The notes below the pieces were generated by a model, which was not told the origin of the DNA, searched no databases, and saw only the letters and a program-made list of their open reading frames with translations. From positions 6,078 to 70,077 of the forward strand of contig VGWJ01000008.1 in assembly GCA_016873635.1 (NCBI GenBank): 64,000 bases of DNA, read 5' to 3'. Within the stretch, counting starts at the first letter, position 1. Each line of letters begins with the position of its first letter. Below are positions 35,941-45,478 of the stretch, in pieces. Both the position numbers and the translations under genes were made by a program. This DNA is from Lentisphaerota bacterium. GTDB lineage: Bacteria; Verrucomicrobiota; Kiritimatiellia; UBA8416; VGWJ01.

Positions 35941-36828
35941 TCACGCGCGCGGATGGTAGCGGGCGTGTACGGACTTGAGGCGTCCCTCGTCCACGTGCGT
36001 GTAAACCTGGGTCGTCGCGATGTCGGCGTGTCCCAGCATCTCCTGAATGATCCGCAGCGGCGCGCCGTTCGCCAGCAGGTGGCTCGCGAACGAGTGCCGC
36101 AGCGTGTGCGGCGAAACCTTCTTCATGATACCGGCGCGCCGCGCCGCCTGCCGGATCAGCTTCCATATCCCCTTGCGCGTAAAACACTTGCCTCGGTAGG
36201 TCAGAAACAGCGCGCGCTCGGTCCCGTCCGTGGTCAGCGCCGGGCGCAGCGTCTCGATGTAGCGGCGCAGCCACTCCGCGGCCCGCGCCCCGAACGGAAC
36301 CACGCGGCTCTTGTTGCCCTTCCCCGTGCAGGTCAGATATCCGAGGTCGAAGTGCATGTCTTCCAGCCGCAGCCCCGCCGCCTCCGATACCCTGAGCCCG
36401 CTGGCGTACATGAGTTCGAGCAGCGCCCGGTCGCGCGCGCCGAACCGGCTTTCCACCGGCGGCGACGCCAGCAGGCGCTCCACCTCGCGCGTCGACAGCA
36501 CGCCCGGCAGCACCTTCCACAGCCGCGGCGAATCCATCGCCGAGGTCACGTTGCGCGCCAGCATGCCTTCCTGCTGCAGGAACCGGAAGAAGACCTTGAT
36601 GGCCACCAGCCGCCGCGATACCGAGTTCACCCCCAGGCCGCGCTCCTTCTCGGCCATGAGGTAGTCCAGAACGTGCTTGCGCCGGACATCGTTGAGGCTG
36701 GAAACCCCCGCCGACGAGAGGTAATCGCAGAACCCCGCCAGGTCCGCGCGATAGGCCTGGCGCGTGTTGGCGCTGAGTCCGCGCTCCAGCGTGATGTGAT
36801 CCAGAAACTGATCGACGACGGCATGCAC
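35941..36828 (-). CDS. xerD: tyrosine site-specific recombinase XerD
   Basis: N-terminus VDQFLDHITLERGLSANTRQAYRADL closely matches E. coli XerD IEQFLDALWLEKNLAENTLNAYRRDL. C-terminal HTLRHSFASHLL...LGHADIATTQVYTH. Confidence 0.85.
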   Translation of the reverse strand: MHAVVDQFLDHITLERGLSANTRQAYRADLAGFCDYLSSAGVSSLNDVRRKHVLDYLMAEKERGLGVNSVSRRLVAIKVFFRFLQQEGMLARNVTSAMDSPRLWKVLPGVLSTREVERLLASPPVESRFGARDRALLELMYASGLRVSEAAGLRLEDMHFDLGYLTCTGKGNKSRVVPFGARAAEWLRRYIETLRPALTTDGTERALFLTYRGKCFTRKGIWKLIRQAARRAGIMKKVSPHTLRHSFASHLLANGAPLRIIQEMLGHADIATTQVYTHVDEGRLKSVHARYHPRA

Positions 36829-36871
36829 AACCGATACCGACGCGCTCGCGCGCGCCCGGCGCGAAACGGCC

Positions 36872-37213
36872 TCAGGGCGCGCATTCCGGAGGCAGGGCGG
36901 CCAGGGCGCCGGGATCGGCCGGAACGCCGTTCACCTCGAAGCCCGCCTCCGCGATCTCGAATTCGATGTTCTTCCGGGACAGGAACAGGCTGTCGTACGC
37001 GACGGTTATCCGCCGCCTTCTCTCGTCCACGCGTATCGTTTCGGCCTTCACGCCCGGCACGTTCCTGAGCCGGGAAGTCACAAGCTCCACGCAGGCGGCG
37101 TTGCGCATGTGCGGCACGTCCAGCAGCACGCTGCGCACGTCGGTCCTGCGGCAGGAAACCGCGCCGGCGGCCAGCGCCGCCGCCACGGCGATCGGGCATA
37201 ACTTCCGGACCAT
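36872..37213 (-). CDS. small probable lipoprotein with HMA-like (heavy-metal-associated fold) domain
   Basis: Signal peptide with Cys (AAGAVSC). Beta-alpha-beta-beta-alpha-beta pattern VLLDVPHMRNAACVELV...GVKAETIRVD. Only one Cys sits in the usual CxxC position. Confidence 0.45.
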   Translation of the reverse strand: MVRKLCPIAVAAALAAGAVSCRRTDVRSVLLDVPHMRNAACVELVTSRLRNVPGVKAETIRVDERRRRITVAYDSLFLSRKNIEFEIAEAGFEVNGVPADPGALAALPPECAP

Positions 37214-37339
37214 GATGACAACAGTCTACCAAGGCGCGCACGGCGAAGTACAGAGCGGAATTCGTCATTGCCGTTGAAAACGCGGCGCAAAACGTGCTAG
37301 GGTGTTTCGTCCCCGATCTACGGGCGGAAAGGAAATGGT

Positions 37340-39007
37340 ATGAGAAGCGACCAGGTCAAGAGCGGCTGGGAGCGGGCCCCGCATCGCAGCCTGCTGAGGG
37401 CCACCGGCCTTTCGGCCGCGGATTTCGACAAGCCCTTCATCGGGGTGTGCAACTCCTTCACGCAGGTCATTCCGGGGCACGTGCATCTCGACCAGGTGGC
37501 CCGCTACATCAAGCGCCACATCCGGCGCGCCGGCGGCGTGCCCATCGAGTTCAACACCATCGGCATCTGCGACGGCATCGCCATGGGCCATCCCGGCATG
37601 AAATACTCCCTGCCCAGCCGGGAGCTCGTGGCCGACAGCGTGGAATCCATGGTCAAGGCCCACTGTTTCGACGCGCTGCTGTGCATTCCCAACTGCGACA
37701 AGATCGTTCCGGGCATGCTCATGGGCGCGCTGCGCGCCAATATCCCCACGCTGATGGTCAGCGGCGGACCGATGGCCGCCGGACGCACGCCGGAGGGCCG
37801 CGTCGTGGACCTGATCAGCGTCTTCGAAGGCGTCGCGGCCCACGGCAGGGGAAAGATGAGCGACGCGGAATTGCGCATCCTGGAAGAGCACGCCTGCCCC
37901 GGCTGCGGCTCCTGCTCGGGCATGTTCACGGCCAACTCCATGAACTGCCTCTGCGAGGCCCTGGGCATCGCCCTGCCCGGCAACGGCACCGTGCTGGCGG
38001 TCGACCCGCGCCGCCGCGCGCTCTACCGCCGCGCCGCGGCGCGCATCGTGCGCCTGGCGCGGGACGGCGGGCCGCTGCCGCGCGATATCGTCACCGCGGA
38101 CGCGCTGGACAACGCCTTCGCGCTGGACATGGCCATGGGCGGCAGCACCAACACGGTCCTGCACGGCCTGGCCATCGCCCACGAGGCGAAGGTTGACTAT
38201 GACCTGGAGCGCATCAACGAGCTGTCGGGCCGGTGCCCCAACATCTGCAAGGTCGCGCCTTCCTCGGCCTACCACATGGAAGACGTCGACCGCGCGGGCG
38301 GCGTCAGCGCGATTCTGCGCGAAATCGGACGCATTCCGGGGCTGCTGCACCCCAACTGCCCCACCGTCACCGGCAAAACCATCCGGGGCAACGTGGCGCG
38401 CGCCCGGATCAGGGACGGCGAAGTCATTCGCGCGCTGGACCGCGCCTATTCCGCGGACGGCGGGCTGACGATCCTGCGGGGGAACCTGGCCGAGCAGGGC
38501 GCGGTCGTCAAGAAGGCCGGCGTCTCGCCCAACATGCTGCGTTTCGAGGGCCGCGCGATCGTCTTCGACTCCCAGGAGGACGCCTGCCGCGGCATCCTGG
38601 CGGGGCGCGTGCAGGCCGGACAGGTGGTCGTGATCCGCTACGAAGGTCCGCGCGGCGGGCCCGGCATGCAGGAGATGCTCGCGCCGACTTCCTACATCAT
38701 GGGGCAGGGCCTGGGCGAGTCCGTGGCGCTGATCACCGACGGCCGTTTCTCCGGCGGAACCCGCGGGGCCTGCATCGGGCACGTCTCGCCGGAAGCCGCC
38801 GAAGGCGGCTTGATCGGGCTGCTGCGCGACGGCGACACAATCCGCATCGACATCCCGGCGCGCCGCCTGGAGGCGGACATGCCGCCGGAGGAGCTCCGGC
38901 GCCGCCGCGCCGCGCAGCCGCCGTTTGTCCCGCGCGTCACGGACGGCTACCTCAGGCGCTACGCCGCAATCGTCCGCAACGCGTCAACGGGCGCCGTGCT
39001 CGACTGA
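37340..39007 (+). CDS. ilvD: dihydroxy-acid dehydratase
   Basis: CDGIAMGH and [17 protein letters not shown] (Fe-S ligands), [16 protein letters not shown]. 555 aa. Confidence 0.9.
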   Translation: MRSDQVKSGWERAPHRSLLRATGLSAADFDKPFIGVCNSFTQVIPGHVHLDQVARYIKRHIRRAGGVPIEFNTIGICDGIAMGHPGMKYSLPSRELVADSVESMVKAHCFDALLCIPNCDKIVPGMLMGALRANIPTLMVSGGPMAAGRTPEGRVVDLISVFEGVAAHGRGKMSDAELRILEEHACPGCGSCSGMFTANSMNCLCEALGIALPGNGTVLAVDPRRRALYRRAAARIVRLARDGGPLPRDIVTADALDNAFALDMAMGGSTNTVLHGLAIAHEAKVDYDLERINELSGRCPNICKVAPSSAYHMEDVDRAGGVSAILREIGRIPGLLHPNCPTVTGKTIRGNVARARIRDGEVIRALDRAYSADGGLTILRGNLAEQGAVVKKAGVSPNMLRFEGRAIVFDSQEDACRGILAGRVQAGQVVVIRYEGPRGGPGMQEMLAPTSYIMGQGLGESVALITDGRFSGGTRGACIGHVSPEAAEGGLIGLLRDGDTIRIDIPARRLEADMPPEELRRRRAAQPPFVPRVTDGYLRRYAAIVRNASTGAVLD

Positions 39008-39063
39008 CCCCGGAAAGAGTCCGGACCGCGGAGCAGTTGAACTGTTCTCTCTCGACTGACGGA

Positions 39064-41721
39064 TCAGTGCCTGCGCACGGTGCGGAAACCGACGGAGTCA
39101 TAGCCGGCTGCCCACCCGGGATCCTGCCGCTTGCTGCGGTCCGCGCAGCGCAACGGGTCAGTGACCGGCGCGACGTCATCGGCTTCGTAGTACGCGCCGC
39201 CGCGCGTCATGCGTTCGAGGTATTGCGCGTCGTCCGGACCGGTGGGATCCGTCGCGCCCTGCTCGGGCGGCGAAGCGTAGCGATCCCAGCACCATTCGGC
39301 GACATTGCCGGCCATGTCGTACAGTCCGAACCCGTTGGCCATGTCCGGCCCGGCCGGCGTCTGCGCGCCGTCGTAGTAGGCGACCGGCGTGGTCGAATGA
39401 ACGTTGTTCGTGCCCTCCTCGAACGGATCGCCGCTCAAACGGTAGTTGGCGTTGCTGCCGCCGATCGTGTTGCCCCAGGGGAACACGTTCCCGACAAGCC
39501 CGCCCCGCGCCGCCGTCTCCCATTCCGCGTCCGTGGGCAGCCGATAGCCGTTCCCGGACCAGTTGACTCTGTCCGACGTGAGCGCGAAGGTGCCCGAGCG
39601 ATACACGTTCGTGGATGTGAACGGATACCCGGCATAGTAGGCGGGGGTAAACCCTTCCTTTTCGGATCGCGCGTTGCACCACTTGGCGCAGTCGTACCAG
39701 CTCACGCGAACCACCGGATGGCTGACGCCGGCGGCGGTGTTGGTCGCGCCGGCTCCGCCCTTCACATACCTGGTTCCGCCCCGCCCTTCCGGCAGGTCGG
39801 TGTAGCCGTGCCCGTTCGTGGCCCACGTCCGGACCTCGTCCCACAAAGTCTTCGGCACCTCGGTGCCGTCCATGAAAAACGAGGTGATTGACGCCAGGCG
39901 CTGCGTGGTGTCAATGCTCTGGCCGTCGCCCAGCATGACCCATCCGCCCACGACGAATCTCTCTCCGCCGACAAGGTCGCCCGGATCGGCGGCGCCCATG
40001 GGCCCGATCACGTTGGAGGCGGTCCATACGGACTGTGTCGGATACGGCAGCCCTTCCCCGAGGTCTCGCGCCGCTTCCCGCACCCGGACGTATTTCAAGT
40101 AATCACTGCTCTGCACGGTGTAGACGGCGGCCATCGCCCCCGCGATATCGGTCCAGGGTCCGCCGCCGGAATTGCCCACCTGCCACTGGTACACGCGCGT
40201 CAGGTACTGGGTGGGCGTGCCGGTTACGTCAATTGAGTCGGCATACACTCCCGGCACGCTGACAAAGAGCGTCTTGGCCACGTTGGCCGTTCCGCCGATC
40301 ACGGGCGGCGCCATGTTCGTAGGCGGGTCGTTGCGCGGAACGATTTCCACGCGCACGTCGATCGTGTCCGAAGGACCGCCGCCCTTCTCCTGCGCGCGCA
40401 CCGTGAACGTGACATAGGAGCCGTTCGCGAGGTTCGGCACGCCGCCGGCGTAGTTGCCGGTGTAGGTGTTCCAGTTCGTCAGCGGCGCGTAGTTGATCTG
40501 CTGGCTCGACCCGCTTCCGGTCTGGACCGAGGCCACCCCGCTCGGCGTCGCGCCCGATCCCGCGATGAACCACTCGATGTTCGTCCCCGGCGTGTCGACG
40601 TCCGAGGCGGTCAGGGTGAGGGCGAACGGCCGGGGATTGCTGTCCTCGTCCATCACGACCGTCACCGTGTTCGACCCGTTGTTGATCACCGGCGCGTCGT
40701 TAACCGGGGTGACCGTGACATTGATCGTGATCTGATCGAAAGACGATCCGGACGTGACTTCGCCGACAAACGAATCGGCCCCGAACCAGTTGGTGTTCGG
40801 CGTGTACCTGAAAACGCAACTGGTGACCGCGCACTGGCTGGTGACGGCCAGGCCCCAACTGGCCTGCTGCGCCACGCCCCAACTGCTCGTCCCGCTCTGC
40901 ACGTACGCCCTCACGCGAATGTTCGTGGGCGTGTCCTCCGGCGTTGTGACCGACAGCGTGTCGCCGTCGAGAATCAACAACTGCAGCGGCAGGTTGGTGA
41001 TGCCGTCCACCCAGCCCAGATCGGCGCCGTTTGAAGAGTTGGAATCCTTCGAGTATTTCCACACGGCCAGATGCGATCCCGGACCCATGCCGCGGGTCAC
41101 GTTGGTCCAATCCGCGAAACCGAAAATGCGGGCCTGCTCCACTCCATCGAGATAGAAGGCCAGAAAGTCGGTGTTGGGGTCCATCTCGCAATCCACGCGC
41201 CACCAGAAAGAGAGGTCAATGGGACCTTCAAGCATCGCCCCGAACCACGATTCCTTGCCGTCGGGCAGACCGGCATAGCTCTGCGCAACGTCGCCGTCAC
41301 CTCCCGGTCTCAGCGGCGCGGTCTGGCGGGACCACGGGTACTCGCCTCCGAACCAGTTCGTATCCAGGTCCACGGCCTTCCACAGCGAGGGATCGACGGC
41401 GTCCACCGGCCTGGCGCTGACGCGGAAGAAGCGGATGGACGGCGAGACCGAGACGCTCTCCGTCACGAGGCTGCGGGCCGGCTGGTACCCGCTGTAGTTC
41501 GTGGTCCAGCCGGAAACGAGGCTTGAAGACTCGGACACGTAGTACGTGGCGTTGGAGGAAAAGTCGTTGGTCCAGGCAAGGCTTCCCGCACCGGTGAAAT
41601 CGAGGATCTTGACCTGCGCGGCGCCGGATGGGCGCGCCGCGCCCCAAGCGCAGGCAATGAGCGATACCGCAGCGAGAACTGTCTTTTTTCGCATTTTCCG
41701 GTCCGCCTTCATGCTCCTCAT
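39064..41721 (-). CDS. surface lipoprotein: lectin/beta-sandwich-like N-domain + cadherin-like (VNDAP) repeats + C-terminal FGE-sulfatase (SUMF1-like) domain
   Basis: Signal + lipobox (AAVSLIAC). ITINVTVTPVNDAPVINNG cadherin-like motif. C-terminal HPVVRVSWYDCAKWCNARSE...GNVAEWCWD...RGGAY...GFRTV matches the FGE family. Confidence 0.75.
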   Translation of the reverse strand: MRSMKADRKMRKKTVLAAVSLIACAWGAARPSGAAQVKILDFTGAGSLAWTNDFSSNATYYVSESSSLVSGWTTNYSGYQPARSLVTESVSVSPSIRFFRVSARPVDAVDPSLWKAVDLDTNWFGGEYPWSRQTAPLRPGGDGDVAQSYAGLPDGKESWFGAMLEGPIDLSFWWRVDCEMDPNTDFLAFYLDGVEQARIFGFADWTNVTRGMGPGSHLAVWKYSKDSNSSNGADLGWVDGITNLPLQLLILDGDTLSVTTPEDTPTNIRVRAYVQSGTSSWGVAQQASWGLAVTSQCAVTSCVFRYTPNTNWFGADSFVGEVTSGSSFDQITINVTVTPVNDAPVINNGSNTVTVVMDEDSNPRPFALTLTASDVDTPGTNIEWFIAGSGATPSGVASVQTGSGSSQQINYAPLTNWNTYTGNYAGGVPNLANGSYVTFTVRAQEKGGGPSDTIDVRVEIVPRNDPPTNMAPPVIGGTANVAKTLFVSVPGVYADSIDVTGTPTQYLTRVYQWQVGNSGGGPWTDIAGAMAAVYTVQSSDYLKYVRVREAARDLGEGLPYPTQSVWTASNVIGPMGAADPGDLVGGERFVVGGWVMLGDGQSIDTTQRLASITSFFMDGTEVPKTLWDEVRTWATNGHGYTDLPEGRGGTRYVKGGAGATNTAAGVSHPVVRVSWYDCAKWCNARSEKEGFTPAYYAGYPFTSTNVYRSGTFALTSDRVNWSGNGYRLPTDAEWETAARGGLVGNVFPWGNTIGGSNANYRLSGDPFEEGTNNVHSTTPVAYYDGAQTPAGPDMANGFGLYDMAGNVAEWCWDRYASPPEQGATDPTGPDDAQYLERMTRGGAYYEADDVAPVTDPLRCADRSKRQDPGWAAGYDSVGFRTVRRH

Positions 41722-41938
41722 GAGCTACCGCAAGCTAACAAACAGTCTATCATATCCTTCGCCTGCAACAAGCGCCTTCTTCAACGTACTTGCTCATCCA
41801 TCTCCCGTCCCGGTAACCGGTCAGTTATGCAGGGAGGCGAGGTAGGGCGGACCGTCCCGTCACTTTGGCCTTGCGCAACGCATTGGCTTAGTGTGCAATG
41901 TGCCGCATTCCATCTGCCGCGGGAGGATTCTGGCGCCT

Positions 41939-43645
41939 ATGAGATGGTCGGACACGCTTATACCCACGCTGCGCGACGCGCCGCAGGAAGCCGAGATACC
42001 GAGCCACAAGCTCATGCTCCGGGCGGGCCTCATGCGCCGGCTGGCGGGCGGCCTTTACACGTTTCTGCCGCTGGGCCTGCGCGCCCTGCGCAAGCTGGAG
42101 GCCATCGTGCGCGAAGAGATGGACCGCGCCGGCGCGCTGGAAGTGCTCATGCCGGCCGCGCAGCCGCGCGAACTGTGGGACCGCTCCGGGCGCTACGCCG
42201 TGATGGGCGAGCTGATGTATCACGTCACCGACCGCCAGAAACGCGAGATGGTGCTCGGCCCCACGCACGAGGAGGTCATCACCGATCTGGCCTCGCGCGA
42301 AATCAGCTCCTACCGCCAGCTTCCCAAGACGTTCTACCAGATCCAGACCAAGTTCCGCGACGAAATCCGCCCGCGTTTCGGGCTGATGCGCGCCCGCGAG
42401 TTCATCATGAAGGACGCCTACAGCTTCGACACCGCCTGGGACGCGGCCGACCGCAGCTACCAGGCCATGTACGACGCCTACGCGCGCATCTTTGCGCGCT
42501 GCGGCCTGCGGACGCGGGTCGTGGAGGCCGACACCGGCGCCATGGGCGGCAAGTGGTCGCACGAGTTCATGGTCCCTTCCGAGTTCGGCGAGGACGGCAT
42601 CGTGGAGTGCGAGGCGTGCGGCTACGCGGCCAACCTGGAACGCGCCGAGCGCGCCGCCCCGGCGTTCGACCGGCCCGGCGGCGGCGGCGCGCCGCCGCCC
42701 GAGGAGGTTGCCACGCCGGGCCGCTCCACCATCGAAGACGTGTCGCAATTCCTGGGCTGCGCCCCGGAACGGCTGATCAAGACAATCATCTACGTCGTCG
42801 ACGGCAAAACCGTCGCCGTGTGCTGCGCCGGCGACCGCGAGGTGAACGAAAGCAAGCTCCGGCGCGCGCTGGAAGCTTCCGTCGTCGAGATGGCCGACGA
42901 GGCCGCCATCCGACGCGTTACCGGCGCGCGCGTGGGATTCGCCGGCCCCTGGGGGCTGTCGATCCCGGTCTACGCCGACCTCGGCCTGGACGGCGCCGCC
43001 GACTACGCCGCGGGCGCCAACAGGGATGACGCCCACCTCCGGCACGTCGTTCTCGACCGCGACGCCAGGATCGCCGCGCGCCACGATCTCTGCGTCGCGC
43101 GCGGGGGCGATCCGTGCCCGCGCTGTTCCGGCGCGCTGCGCGAGCGGCGCGGCATCGAGGTCGGCCACGTCTTCAAGCTCGGCACGAAGTACAGCGACAG
43201 CTTCGGCGCGACCTTTCTCGACGAGGCGGGCGCGGCCCGGCCGCTCGTCATGGGCTGCTACGGAATCGGCGTCACGCGCACGCTCCAGGCCGTCGTCGAG
43301 CAGTGCCGCGACGACAAGGGCATTATCTGGCCCCTTTCCGTGGCGCCCTACCGGGTGGCTCTGCTCGTGCTGAATCCCGGCGACGGCGGCGCCGGCGAGG
43401 CGGCCGGGCGCCTCGCCGCGGATCTGGAGGCCCGCGGCATCGACGTGCTGCTCGACGACCGCGACGAAAGGGCCGGCGTGAAGTTCAACGACGCGGACCT
43501 GCTCGGCCTGCCGCTGCGCGTGGTCGTCAGCGCGCGCGGCCTTGCCGCCGGAAAGATCGAAATCAAGCCGCGCGCCGGAAAGGAGGTCGCACAGGCGCCG
43601 CTGGAAGGCGCCGCGGATCGCATCGCGGCCATGTGCGGGGAGTGA
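41939..43645 (+). CDS. proS: prolyl-tRNA synthetase
   Basis: MLRAGLMRRLAGGLYTFLPLGLRALRKLEAIVREEM matches ProRS (MLRAGYIRQLASGLYTWLP). Class II motifs. GGGAGG upstream. Confidence 0.9.
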   Translation: MRWSDTLIPTLRDAPQEAEIPSHKLMLRAGLMRRLAGGLYTFLPLGLRALRKLEAIVREEMDRAGALEVLMPAAQPRELWDRSGRYAVMGELMYHVTDRQKREMVLGPTHEEVITDLASREISSYRQLPKTFYQIQTKFRDEIRPRFGLMRAREFIMKDAYSFDTAWDAADRSYQAMYDAYARIFARCGLRTRVVEADTGAMGGKWSHEFMVPSEFGEDGIVECEACGYAANLERAERAAPAFDRPGGGGAPPPEEVATPGRSTIEDVSQFLGCAPERLIKTIIYVVDGKTVAVCCAGDREVNESKLRRALEASVVEMADEAAIRRVTGARVGFAGPWGLSIPVYADLGLDGAADYAAGANRDDAHLRHVVLDRDARIAARHDLCVARGGDPCPRCSGALRERRGIEVGHVFKLGTKYSDSFGATFLDEAGAARPLVMGCYGIGVTRTLQAVVEQCRDDKGIIWPLSVAPYRVALLVLNPGDGGAGEAAGRLAADLEARGIDVLLDDRDERAGVKFNDADLLGLPLRVVVSARGLAAGKIEIKPRAGKEVAQAPLEGAADRIAAMCGE

Positions 43646-43651
43646 GGAGAT

Positions 43652-43700
43652 GGTTCAGGGGTCAGGGGTCAGGGGTCAGGGAACGGAGTTCAGGGAACCG
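43652..43700. repeat. tandem heptamer micro-repeat (GGTCAGG x4, then GTTCAGG variants)
   Basis: ggttcaggggtcaggggtcaggggtcagggaacggagttcagggaaccgg read directly between proS and the HU gene. Confidence 0.7.
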
Positions 43701-43726
43701 GAGGAAGGAGCAACAAGGAGGCAGCC

Positions 43727-44014
43727 ATGACAAAACGGGAACTGGTGCTCAGGATTACGGAGGAAACGGGGATCCCGCAGCAGGACGTCTACGCGGTGAT
43801 CCAGAAGACGCTGGACTACATCACGGAGGCGCTCGTCGCCGGCGACCACATCGAGTTCCGCGATTTCGGCGTGTTTGAGATCCACAAGCGCCGCCCGCGC
43901 ATCGGGCGCAATCCCAAGAAGCCCGACCAGGTCGTGCGCATACCCGCGCGCAAGGTCGTCAAGTTCAAGGCCGGCAAGCGCATGAAGGAGCTCGTGCTCG
44001 CGTCCGGAAAGTGA
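43727..44014 (+). CDS. HU/IHF family nucleoid DNA-binding protein
   Basis: AAGGAGG RBS. RDFGVFEIHKRRPRIGRNPKKPDQVVRIPARKVVKFKAGK (HU arm and RNP motif). Confidence 0.85.
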   Translation: MTKRELVLRITEETGIPQQDVYAVIQKTLDYITEALVAGDHIEFRDFGVFEIHKRRPRIGRNPKKPDQVVRIPARKVVKFKAGKRMKELVLASGK

Positions 44015-44015
44015 A

Positions 44016-45302
44016 ATGACGGGAACGCAGGCAGGCTCCGGTTCCGGGTTCGCGGCGCCGCGGGGAATGCGGGACTTCTATCCCGAGGACATGCTCCCGC
44101 GGGAGCGCATTTTCGGCGCCTGGCGCGCGGCCGCGCGCCTTTACGGGTTCGTCCCCTACGACGCCTGCGTGATCGAAACGCTCGATCTGCTCAAGCGCAA
44201 GGCCGGCGAAGAGATCGTCGAGCAGATCTACGCTTTCACGGACAAGTCGGGCCGCAGCCTGGCGCTGCGGCCCGAGATGACGCCCACGCTGGCCCGCATG
44301 ATTGCGGCGCGGCAGAGCAGCCTGGCGCTGCCCCTCAAGTGGTTCGCCATCGCCCAGTGCTTCCGCTACGAGCGCATGTCCAAGGGGCGCAGGCGCGAGC
44401 ACTACCAGTGGAACCTCGACGTCGTCGGCGAACCGTCGGTCGGCGCCGAACTGGAGGTCGTGGCCGCGGCGGCGCACGCGCTGCGCGCGCTGGGGTTCGC
44501 GGACGCCGATTTCAAGGTCCACTTCAGCAGCCGGGCGCTGCTGGCCGACGTCATGACCCGCCTCGACGTTCCGCCGGAGCGCCACGCCGCCGCGTTCCTC
44601 GCGCTGGACAAGCGCGACAAGATCGGCGAGGACGCGACCCGCGCCATGCTGGGCGAGGCCGGGCTCGGCGCGGCGGCCTCCGCCGCGCTGCTGGGGCTGT
44701 TCGGCGGGGCCGCGCTGGACGACGTGGCCGGATTCCTGCGCGGCGATTCGGACGCGCTGGCCGGCCTGCGCGAGTTCGCGGGCCTGGGCGCGGCCTACGG
44801 GCTGGGCGACGCGCTGCGCTTCGACCTTTCGGTGGTGCGGGGCCTGGCCTACTACACCGGCATCGTTTTCGAGGCCTATGACGCCGCGCGCCGCTTCCGG
44901 GCCATTTTCGGCGGCGGCCGCTACGACAACCTCCTCGGGGAGCTCGGCGGACAGCCGGCGACCGGCGTGGGCCTCGGATTCGGAGACGTGGTTGTCGCCG
45001 AGATAATGGCCGAGCGTCCCGCGGGCGCCTCCGCCCCGGCGCCGGCCGGAACCGCGATCGGCTACATGGAGCCGGACCAGCGCAAAGCCGCCATGCGCCT
45101 CGCCGCCCGTATCAGGCAGTCGGGCGAACCCGCGGACCTGGCCCTGCGCCCCGAGAAGGCGCGGGCGTTCTTCTCGCGCGCCAACCGCGGATGCTTTGCC
45201 CGCGCCGCCTACGTGGGGCCGGACGACGTGGCCGCGGGCGCGGTGAGGGTGAAGGACCTGTCGAAAGGAACGGAATCCTCGGAGCGCATCGAAGCGGGCT
45301 GA
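44016..45302 (+). CDS. hisS: histidyl-tRNA synthetase
   Basis: APRGMRDFYPED (HisRS AIRGMNDYLP), LRPEMT, CFRYER..KGRRREHYQWNLD (CFRYERPQ.GRYREFxQ). An HisZ-like alternative is not excluded. Confidence 0.8.
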   Translation: MTGTQAGSGSGFAAPRGMRDFYPEDMLPRERIFGAWRAAARLYGFVPYDACVIETLDLLKRKAGEEIVEQIYAFTDKSGRSLALRPEMTPTLARMIAARQSSLALPLKWFAIAQCFRYERMSKGRRREHYQWNLDVVGEPSVGAELEVVAAAAHALRALGFADADFKVHFSSRALLADVMTRLDVPPERHAAAFLALDKRDKIGEDATRAMLGEAGLGAAASAALLGLFGGAALDDVAGFLRGDSDALAGLREFAGLGAAYGLGDALRFDLSVVRGLAYYTGIVFEAYDAARRFRAIFGGGRYDNLLGELGGQPATGVGLGFGDVVVAEIMAERPAGASAPAPAGTAIGYMEPDQRKAAMRLAARIRQSGEPADLALRPEKARAFFSRANRGCFARAAYVGPDDVAAGAVRVKDLSKGTESSERIEAG

Positions 45303-45318
45303 CGCCCGGCGCGGAAGC

Positions 45319-45478
45319 GGGAAGCTCAGGAAACGCGGAAGATCAGGAACTCAAGAGGAATCAGGAACTCAGGAAAAATCAGGAACTCAGGAAAGGTTGC
45401 CTATGGGGATCCAGATCACATGCCCTCTTTTCCTGAGTTCCAGATCACATTCCCTCTCTTCCTGAGTCCCGGATCAGG
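45319..45478. repeat. repeat-built palindromic intergenic element: four direct copies of ~18-bp unit (ATCAGGAACTCAGGAAA) followed by two inverted copies; bidirectional terminator-like / MITE-like
   Basis: gaagatcaggaactcaagagga atcaggaactcaggaaaa atcaggaactcaggaaagg ... cttttcctgagttccagatcacattccctctcttcctgagtcccggatcagg read directly between convergent hisS and aspS. Confidence 0.7.
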
